Shown here in pieces: positions 56,343-64,000 of a DNA stretch of 64,000 nucleotides (position 1 is its first letter; each line of letters opens with the position of its first letter). A program made the translations under genes and the position numbers. Under the pieces are notes generated by a model that searched no databases, was not told where the DNA came from, and worked only from the letters and a program-made list of their open reading frames with translations. The DNA is taken from NCBI GenBank assembly GCA_000091205.1, contig AP006489.2; one strand, given 5' to 3'. The stretch comes from Cyanidioschyzon merolae (taxonomy: Eukaryota).

Positions 56343-58403
56343 CTACGATACGGGCGCTGCCGGCACCCCATCCCAATAACGTTGCGCATACGCCTCGAGT
56401 TGCGCCTTCCCAACTCGATCGCAAAAGTCTCCAAAGGACTCGTCCGGCTCGCGTGCGCTTTTCCAGAATACAAACACCGGCTCCAGGACGCGCTCCACCT
56501 GATCGTCCGTCACCCGATCGATATACGGCCACGCGAGGCGCGTCTGCATCGGGCTCCCGCCCAGCCACACCTGATACGTACAATTCGGACCTGATCCGAC
56601 GAATCCCAACTCGGCCATGTACGGACGCGTGCACCCGTTCGGGCATCCAGTCATGCGCATCACGAACGATGCGTGCGGCGAGATGCCGACTTTGGACAGC
56701 AGCTCGCGCACGCGCTGCACGTAGCGCGGCATGACACGCTCCGCCTCCGTGATCGCCGGCGGACACAGCGGCAACGCTGGACACGCCATCGCGTCACGCA
56801 TCAGCGGATCCAGTGCGGATGCTGCCGTCTCGACGCCGAACGACGCCAGCAGCGTCTCGACGTCAGGGCGCGCTGTCGCTGGCACCTGCGTGATGAGAAG
56901 GTTCTGCTGCGGCGTACATACCAGGGGAAAGTTGAAGCGATCCGTTAGGGCACGGAGTGCTTTCTTCAGCTCGTCTTTGATCCGCCCGTTCTGTACGTAG
57001 AGGCCGAAAAACCAGCGTCCGTCTCCTTGCTCGCGCCAACCCAGATAATCCTGGAAAGTCCACGGCGGCATGGAGCGTATCGACTCTAGCGCACTGCCAC
57101 CACCCACCATATACGACTTGACGAGTTCGCGGAATCGATCGATGCCCAGCCGATGCACCAGGTACTTCATCCGGGCGTTCGTGCGAACTGCACGATTGCC
57201 GTGGTCCCGCTGGGCAGCCAAGATCGCTTTGAGTGTGTCGTACAGCGCCGCTGCCGGTACGTACCCCAGCGGATCGGCAGCACGCGCGAAGGTCTCCTCT
57301 TTGTTATGAGTGCGACCCATGCCGCCGCCGACGAGAATATTGGCACCTTCCAGTTGACCCTGCGCATCACAAAAAACGACGATTCCAATGTCGTGTGTGT
57401 AGATGTCGATAGAATTATCCCCGGGAACAGTGACACCAACTTTGAACTTGCGCGGAAGGTACAGCTTTCCGTAAAGCGGCTCGACGGAATCCTGCAGAAC
57501 CTGACCACGCCCGTTATCCTCCGTCATGAGTCGTCGAACTTCGTCCATGTCCAGCTCCTTCTTCCAGTACTCGATGCTGGCGGCAAGCTCCCCATCGAGC
57601 CACAGATCCGCAAACGCGTGCGACTGAATCGCGAACAGCTCTGCCACCATTCTGGCAACGTGTCGTGCCTGCGCATACGCGGCATCGACGAAGGGCGCCG
57701 GCGGCGCGATGACGTTGCGCGAGCAGTCGCCGCTCGCACCATACAGCCCGCCGCCCGCTCGCACGATGCTCTGGACGACGGTTTTCAGATTGGATTTATG
57801 GATGCCGTGGATTTGGAACGAAGAGCGCGTCGTGAGCCGCAGCGTCTTGTTCCCATAGGTTTCACTGATGTCGTCGAGTGTCGTATACAGCGAAGGCGGA
57901 CACTCGCCGGCGGGCATTTTCAGACGGAGCATGAACTGGTATTTCTTGAGCTCCCCGCGAACACGTTGATCTCGGTTATCTTGGAGATATCCGCCATGGA
58001 ACTTGATAAGTCCGATGCAGTCATCGGAGATGAAGATCTGGTCGTTGCCCAGTTCTTCCATTAATGGGTGACGAAGATAGTCCGAGTTCAGTTTCGGCAA
58101 CTCGTATGGATTTAGCTTGAGCTGGTCGAGTGTCCCGTCACGGATTGCTTCCTCGATATGCTTCCGCGTTGTGATCGGCACGACCGTATGCTTCTTCCGA
58201 GACTGTTCAGATGAGAGGTTTGCTATGATGTTCCGCCGGGCGGTTCGGCACTGCCGTTGGCGTCGTAGTCGGTCTCGCAACAGTACCTCGGTCAACGGAT
58301 AAACGCCCGGTGCTGCGGAACCGGTGGGTGCCAAACCTCTGCGAGCGCCGACTAGAGGTTTTGCGTACGTGACGAACATCATCAGAGTATACCGCACGCG
58401 CAA
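56343..58403 (-). CDS. ferredoxin-dependent siroheme/[4Fe-4S] nitrite/sulfite reductase family enzyme. The Cys-cluster motif is SiR-like; cluster context implies a nitrite reductase role.
   Basis: LKLNPYELPK ... YQFMLRLKMPAGECPPSLYTTLDDISETYG ... LRLTTRSSFQIHGIHKSNLKTVVQSIVRAGGGLYGASGDCSRNVIAPP is typical of plant/algal Fd-NiR/SiR. The metal-site block TGCPNGCTRPYMAELGFVGSGPNCTYQVWLGG resembles plant SiR (CPNGCARPYMAELGLVG...YQIWLGG) more than canonical NiR (CPNSCGQVQVADIGFMG). Confidence 0.85.
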   Translation of the reverse strand: MRVRYTLMMFVTYAKPLVGARRGLAPTGSAAPGVYPLTEVLLRDRLRRQRQCRTARRNIIANLSSEQSRKKHTVVPITTRKHIEEAIRDGTLDQLKLNPYELPKLNSDYLRHPLMEELGNDQIFISDDCIGLIKFHGGYLQDNRDQRVRGELKKYQFMLRLKMPAGECPPSLYTTLDDISETYGNKTLRLTTRSSFQIHGIHKSNLKTVVQSIVRAGGGLYGASGDCSRNVIAPPAPFVDAAYAQARHVARMVAELFAIQSHAFADLWLDGELAASIEYWKKELDMDEVRRLMTEDNGRGQVLQDSVEPLYGKLYLPRKFKVGVTVPGDNSIDIYTHDIGIVVFCDAQGQLEGANILVGGGMGRTHNKEETFARAADPLGYVPAAALYDTLKAILAAQRDHGNRAVRTNARMKYLVHRLGIDRFRELVKSYMVGGGSALESIRSMPPWTFQDYLGWREQGDGRWFFGLYVQNGRIKDELKKALRALTDRFNFPLVCTPQQNLLITQVPATARPDVETLLASFGVETAASALDPLMRDAMACPALPLCPPAITEAERVMPRYVQRVRELLSKVGISPHASFVMRMTGCPNGCTRPYMAELGFVGSGPNCTYQVWLGGSPMQTRLAWPYIDRVTDDQVERVLEPVFVFWKSAREPDESFGDFCDRVGKAQLEAYAQRYWDGVPAAPVS

Positions 58404-58619
58404 CTATGTTGAAGGCGCTGCTCTGGCACGAGCTCGAATGGCCAGCAGAGCTTAAACGAAGTAAGGCAAAAGCCATCCTGAATTCATGCGTTCCTATCGA
58501 TCCCACGGGTGCGTGTTATCCAACGGATCACGGATCCGTTGAGCATCGCAGACCTGTCCAGTTAAGTCTATAGTTGGCTCGTTTTGAATCTCTTCGCAAA
58601 GGCGCGCAGCGTGCCCCAC

Positions 58620-58680
58620 GCGCACACGTGCCGAAGATTCGTGCGATGCCGATCCGGCCTCATAGCGGACACGTGTCGCA
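58620..58680. promoter_or_regulatory. two G-box-like CACGTG palindromes (58625-58630 and 58670-58675) upstream of the reductase gene
   Basis: ccacgcgcacacgtgccgaag and ggacacgtgtcgcaagg, 220-270 bp upstream of the ATG at 58403. Confidence 0.3.
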
Positions 58681-59672
58681 AGGAAATGCCGTGCACGCAG
58701 CGTCCTTCCCATGGCCGTTATGTACAGTATGATTCATGTTAATTGTTTTAAGTGGACAAGTCTTGACACATGCCAGTGTTCTCCAACCGTGCGCTTCCTA
58801 TCAGCGCGCGGTGAAGCATCGCTCGATTCACCTACTTCCAAGTTCCATAACCCTTACCTCTTCTTGGATATACTAGCCGCTTCATACGTTCTATCGTTCG
58901 CCGCGTGCCTGCCCTGCTGCATCTGGAATAGCGATTATAGTGCCGGTGCGGTCGTAGCACGGTTACGGAACGGCGTTGCAGTTCCACAGAGGGCGTCGGC
59001 GCGAGAGTATACATGAATATCCACACACAGACGCCTCTCAGCTATTCTTGACCGGCCGACTTCTATCGGTTTCAGTTTCTGCTAGAACACTTCCAGCTTG
59101 AGAGGCTGCACCACAAAACTCGATCGCGACAGCTCCTCGGATGTCGTCTTCAACACTGCATATCGTCGGATATTGATAGCGGCGTCAAAGTCTCGGTTCA
59201 CGAATTCCGTCTGTTCATTGGCTCAGGTGGGACTCAACAAAGCAAGGATTCCTAGAACTCGCGCCTTCTGTGCAAGCAAGGCCTCGTCATCGCACCGTCG
59301 GGAAGCACCTGTTGACGCCAATCTCCCCTCTTGTTCTTCGTATTCTTTTTCACTTGCTCTTCTTCGCTCGATGGTATGCGAGAGGAGGATTGTTTTCGTT
59401 TTTCCTTTCGCGGCAGCCGGCGACAGCGGGCCCCCAGGATCCCTGCCGTCCACGCCCGTTCCTTTCCCTTGAATTTTATTTCTCCAAATGAAAGCACTTT
59501 GAGCACATCTGCTGTACGCTGCGAGAAAGTACTTGATGACATGCACCCGGGTCTGAAACACATTTGAGTTGAACGACGGTAAGATTCATATGCAACGCTA
59601 AATTTTTTGCACCGATCCCGCCTCAAGCTATTTCTTCCGAACGTTTCCTACGATGCACAGTATAATTATTAT

Positions 59673-60857
59673 TCCCAATCCATCCATAAGCGCTTACGGA
59701 TGCATACGTCGTTCGAGGACCCCTGGTCTTTTTTTCGGAGTGGTTCGCTCACCGCTTTGCTGCCGGCACTCGTTTCGATACAGGAATCGAGGTGGTTCAC
59801 GACAACCTCGAATACATATTCGTGAATTGGCCTGTATCCTCATCCAATGCGAACGTGCAAGCCGCTGCTCTTCTGCATTCCGGAGGTATCGCATGCCGGA
59901 ATCACGCATTTTCATGCCCGGAATCTTTCTGTATCGAGGCAGCGAATAAGTGCAGAAAATTCCCACCTTTACATGGGCACGAAAAGCATTTCGTCTTCGC
60001 CTGCTAGCGAATTCTGCACTGGTTCATGGCGAGTCATCACTGAATGTGTCACGTCCAACAATCCGCTGCGTTCGAATGGCCAATGGCCCTCTCGTTGTGG
60101 TGAACGACGCACTGGCATTCGCCAGCATCTTGATACGTCTCACAGGATGTGCTCGCGGGGACTCGCGACTTTTCCTTTTGCATTTCGAACGGTCTTGGAC
60201 TTGGACGTTCTCTTCGCAGCAATCGCTTCTAGTGGAGTGTGCGTCATCGCGTCGCACGATACAAGCAATGGCCAGCTCGATAGATGTCGATCTGTTTTCT
60301 TTCCTGGATTTTCATCGCAGTATTTGTTCCATCACGAACATTACCGAGTTCCACAAATACTTTATCGAATGGAACAGTGTGCACTTGCATTTGCAGCAGA
60401 GAGCGTACGTGCCGAGAGCATCATCTGCAAGTAGCCCGTGCGTATAGGGTACGGTATCGGGCACGCAAACCGAGACAGGTATAGACAATGCCCTTCTATA
60501 CCCGTCAGTAACGTGTAACAATCGATGAAGCAAGCGCTCACACTCGACAGCATGGCTCCCCGGAGTGGCAGCATGGTGTACGCGTGCGAACATTCGACCG
60601 CAGTCGGCTGGCACCGCCGCATACGGCAAACCTCTTTCGCATACGCAGCAGATGAGCATACCAAGCGAAAAGTAGACCGCAACGCCGACCTACGCATCCA
60701 GTGCGTCCCCCGAAGCCGGAAGCAGCCAAATACTGACTCTAATGTTGCCGGCAACATCCTTCACCAGCTGACAAAGAAGCCGGAAGGACCAGAGCGTCCA
60801 GCGTACTACACTCCAGAGGTAAAAGAGATGACTCTGAACCAGTCACAGAAAAAAGCC
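59673..60857 (+). repeat. 1,185-bp dispersed repeat, copy 2 (direct repeat; right boundary of the nitrate-assimilation block)
   Basis: Collinear with 47131-48317 with ~10 substitutions and one 1-bp indel. Example differences: cgcttaTggatg vs cgcttaCggatg, gaCagc vs gcCagc, ttCgac vs ttGgac. Confidence 0.9.
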
Positions 60858-61031
60858 TGAAAATCCTCATTATGAAAATAATGGGAAAAGATTCAAACTT
60901 TAGCGCGTATGCCCTTGTTCGCAAAATGAGCCCGCTCCATTTCGTACGAACACGGGTGTCCTAGCGTATCCGCGTCCCGATCGCCTCGATTCAAATCATA
61001 AATCCTACTTCATAAACCAGGTTACCTGCTT

Positions 61032-63440
61032 TCAAACAATAGGAGTCACTGTCGCGGCATTCGCCGTCTCTTTTGAAACAGCTGCCAAGTCGAGTGCCCG
61101 GTCTAGAGCCCGAACCAGGTCTGCTGCCCGATGGAGCGGCGTCTGCGCTGGAGCTACCAGCGCGTATACCGTGGTGCCCAGCGGTCGCAGGTAGATGCCA
61201 TGCTGCTGGCGAGCAATGCTCAGCACTCGCGTCTGACGGGCTGCAAGAAGCCGCTCGTCCGCCTGTTCAGCTGAGGTCAGCGGTGTGAGTTGCACAGCCA
61301 ACACGCTTCCAATCGCAGACACCGCACCAACACCAGGTTTGGTTGAGAGCGCTCTCACGGGTGCCAGCAACGCACCGTCGAACACGCGCGTCTCCGCGGA
61401 GGTTAGCCGCTCATAGATGGAGAGGGCTGCGTTCGCCGCTGCGCATCCCGCCGGATACGCAGAGTACGAGTGTCCGTGGAGGAGAGCGTCGGCTCGCTTT
61501 TCCCCCAAAAATGCAGTAAACACCTCCTCAGACGACAGGGTAACAGCCAACGGGAGCGCACCGCCGGTGAGCAACTTGCCATATGCGGCAATGTCGGGCT
61601 CACGATCGAGAATGCTGGCACCAGTGAGGGCGCCAAGCCGCCAGAAGGCCGTGAAAACCTCATCGAAAACGACCGGGATTGCCCGCTGCCGACAAGCATC
61701 GATCAGCGCTTGTTGATATACGACGTCGATGATACGCATGCCACCGGCGCCCTGTACCACTGGCTCGAGAACCAAAGCGCCCAGTGGCATCGATTCGTGT
61801 CGCGCTAGTTCCTCTGCAATGCTGCGGTGGTACTCGCGATATCGCTCGTGACGTCGTCGCTGGGCAGCAGCGTCCAAGCCTTGCGGTGCATCTGGCTGCC
61901 AGTCACCGTTCCAGATCGCACAGTATGGCGGTTTGAGGAAAAGGCCCCGGCCTCGATACCAGGGCGTTTGAAGCTGGTTAAAGGTGGACGACGGTGAGCA
62001 GTCCATGGCGCCCAGGGTGTCCCCGTGGTAGCTCCCCTCGAGGCCGACAATGCCGACATCCGAGGCGCGTGACAGGTCGAAGAGCCCTCGTTTCTGAGCG
62101 AGGCGAAATGCCATCTTCAGACCGATCTCCATCGCAGTACTCCCGTTATCCGAGAAGAAAACACGAGACGCCCAGCCATTCCCGACGCTGTTTAGGAGGC
62201 GCTTGCTGAGCAGCCAAGCTGGCTCGTGAACGCACTCGGGGAACATAACGTGGCCGTAGCGTCCCAGCGCATTCCCTATCGATCGGTTTAGCGTCGGGTG
62301 ACCGTGTCCGACTGACTGCGTCCACCAGGAGCCGCAGCCATCGAACCAACGCTCTTGAGTGAGCTCACTCGATGACGTTCTTTTCTGTGGACTCATTCCA
62401 GAGACGTCGCGCTTGACCGATTTGATAATCGTATAATCGTCGCCGTAAGCCGAGTCAATGAGCGTCGTCTGTGCTCGCTCCTCGGATGCAGACGGCATTC
62501 GCCGTGCCTGGTGTTGCGTGAAAGGCCACCACAGCACTTGGTCGCTCTCGCGAAGCATATCTTGCCAGCGTATCGCGCGACGACACCACCAGTGTCGGAG
62601 ATGCTCTATGAATCGTTGAGCAGTTTCGTCGACGGACACCAAGCCTTGTGCTGGCTGTGCTAGAGATGCCTGCGCATGCGCATCAAAGACTCGCAAATAA
62701 GGCTCCACAATGGGCGTCTCTTCTGGGTCCAGCTGAGCGCGGATAGCGGCAGCATTGCGATCAGCGCTCTCGAGTCCGGGGCCCATGCCGAATACAATGG
62801 CCGGGACATCATAACCACGGCTTCGCAAAGCTTCATATGCGGCGAGCGTCGTCGATATACCTCCTAGTCGTGCATCGCCAACAAGGACGCCAGGTAGCCG
62901 TACCGCGCGATAAAAGTCCGCCTGGAGCGTGCCGCTGGCGCTCACCGGAGACAACACACCACCCGCTGTTTCAACCATGAACAGCGAAAGCCCTGCGTTT
63001 TTTAGTGCATTCTCGATATGCTCCAACACCGTGGACGAGTCTAGTTCGGGAGATGCCAGACCTCCCGCGGGTCGCTGGAGCGACGCATGTGAGAACGGCT
63101 CCCCGGCAGTAGCAGCTGCTGCTGCCTCCTGTGGGGAACGCGCTAGCCTCCACGCGTACAGCGTCCGGCATGAAAAAGCGTGCTCTCTGGACACATATTC
63201 CAGAGCATTTTCTGGTTCGTTGATACGGGTATCCGTTCCCAGGGCTTGTCTGAATACGAATCGAGCGTCGTGATCGGAAGGAAACCCCGTCTGCAGCGGC
63301 TTGAGGTAAAGCAGTGCTCCCCTAGCTCGGTCGCTGTCTCGCAAGTGAGCTCGGGCGAGCGCTGCACAAACCAACGTCTTTCCAACGTTGGTATTCGCGC
63401 CCCATACCTGGAAAGCGAGCCCGTAAAAGTTTCGTTGCAT
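61032..63440 (-). CDS. BIO3-BIO1: bifunctional dethiobiotin synthetase / 7,8-diaminopelargonate (DAPA) aminotransferase (BioD-BioA fusion, biotin biosynthesis)
   Basis: N-terminal P-loop GANTNVGKT...LKPLQTG matches BioD. The C-terminal class-III aminotransferase region (WFDGCGSWWTQSVGHGHP ... FDEVFTAFWRLG ... PLKLLTGG) matches BioA. It is one 802-aa ORF. Confidence 0.88.
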   Translation of the reverse strand: MQRNFYGLAFQVWGANTNVGKTLVCAALARAHLRDSDRARGALLYLKPLQTGFPSDHDARFVFRQALGTDTRINEPENALEYVSREHAFSCRTLYAWRLARSPQEAAAAATAGEPFSHASLQRPAGGLASPELDSSTVLEHIENALKNAGLSLFMVETAGGVLSPVSASGTLQADFYRAVRLPGVLVGDARLGGISTTLAAYEALRSRGYDVPAIVFGMGPGLESADRNAAAIRAQLDPEETPIVEPYLRVFDAHAQASLAQPAQGLVSVDETAQRFIEHLRHWWCRRAIRWQDMLRESDQVLWWPFTQHQARRMPSASEERAQTTLIDSAYGDDYTIIKSVKRDVSGMSPQKRTSSSELTQERWFDGCGSWWTQSVGHGHPTLNRSIGNALGRYGHVMFPECVHEPAWLLSKRLLNSVGNGWASRVFFSDNGSTAMEIGLKMAFRLAQKRGLFDLSRASDVGIVGLEGSYHGDTLGAMDCSPSSTFNQLQTPWYRGRGLFLKPPYCAIWNGDWQPDAPQGLDAAAQRRRHERYREYHRSIAEELARHESMPLGALVLEPVVQGAGGMRIIDVVYQQALIDACRQRAIPVVFDEVFTAFWRLGALTGASILDREPDIAAYGKLLTGGALPLAVTLSSEEVFTAFLGEKRADALLHGHSYSAYPAGCAAANAALSIYERLTSAETRVFDGALLAPVRALSTKPGVGAVSAIGSVLAVQLTPLTSAEQADERLLAARQTRVLSIARQQHGIYLRPLGTTVYALVAPAQTPLHRAADLVRALDRALDLAAVSKETANAATVTPIV

Positions 63441-64000
63441 CCGAGAAGCGTCCAGATCACTCAGACCGGCCGTCTGGACGGCTCTGTGGTGCGCCCGACC
63501 AAGCCTCGCAGCGCCTTGCTAGCAACCCGCCGCACGCAAAAGGAAGCCCTGTTAAAGACTACGAAAGGTCACCAGTTCTAGCTCTATCCAAGCGGGTCTG
63601 GAAACGGCTTGACCGGCCTCGGACGCAGGCGTCGCTAGACAAACGACGGTGCTGCTTCTACGGCTTCAGACTGCTCGGTTCGCAGGCGTCGCCGTCACCA
63701 GAGTCGCGGCGGTCGCCGCTGAGCCGAAGGCTTCTCTAGTGGTGGTTGCGCAAGAACCGTTTGGAAACGAGCTCCACTCGCTGACTGAGGTCACTTTCAA
63801 TGAAATGAACTTGAAGCTGTGTCCAGACTAGTGGGCGCAATCGAAGAAGAAAACATTCGAGGAAAGCGTTGATGCGCCTGTCCCGTGCATAAGACCGTAC
63901 CGGGAACTACCATAAGCTCTGGTGCACGTGTTCCTCTGCCCCAGGATCGATGCATCCAACGCCTGGCATCCACCAGTGCACGATGCGTATCGACATCCAG

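Overview
This is an intron-poor, moderately GC-rich eukaryotic nuclear segment; all confidently called genes are single uninterrupted ORFs. Position 1 carries one CCCCCCATT unit (complement of AATGGGGGG) followed by about 600 bp of AT-rich DNA, which suggests the window abuts a chromosome end. Features from left to right: (1) A very large membrane-anchored protein on the minus strand with about 2.5 kb of Thr-Pro-Ala mucin-like hexanucleotide repeats and a C-terminal Hedgehog/intein (Hint/Hog) autoprocessing domain. (2) A decayed Fanzor/TnpB-like (OrfB_IS605-family) gene with RuvC-I 'GADPG', 'FVTIPVDEFRTS' and 'NRDLNAAINI' motifs, interrupted by in-frame stops and a frameshift. (3) Housekeeping genes: a UBC E2, ATP synthase OSCP, CCT zeta, phosphatidylinositol transfer protein, a RING-H2 protein, an RsmG/GidB methyltransferase with a presequence, TFIIE-alpha, BUD31/G10, a GRIP-domain golgin, and several hypothetical proteins. 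(4) A compact nitrate-assimilation cluster: NRT2 transporter (-), assimilatory nitrate reductase (+), and a ferredoxin-type siroheme nitrite/sulfite reductase (-) whose cysteine cluster looks SiR-like. The 11.35-kb block containing this cluster is bracketed by two ~1.19-kb direct repeats of about 99% identity. (5) A fused dethiobiotin synthetase/DAPA aminotransferase gene. Telomere motif, SiR-like reductase inside the nitrate cluster, NRT2/NR/SiR as roughly the 18th, 19th and 21st genes from the end, and intronless genes together match my memory of the left arm of Cyanidioschyzon merolae chromosome 7. That match is an inference I cannot verify here.
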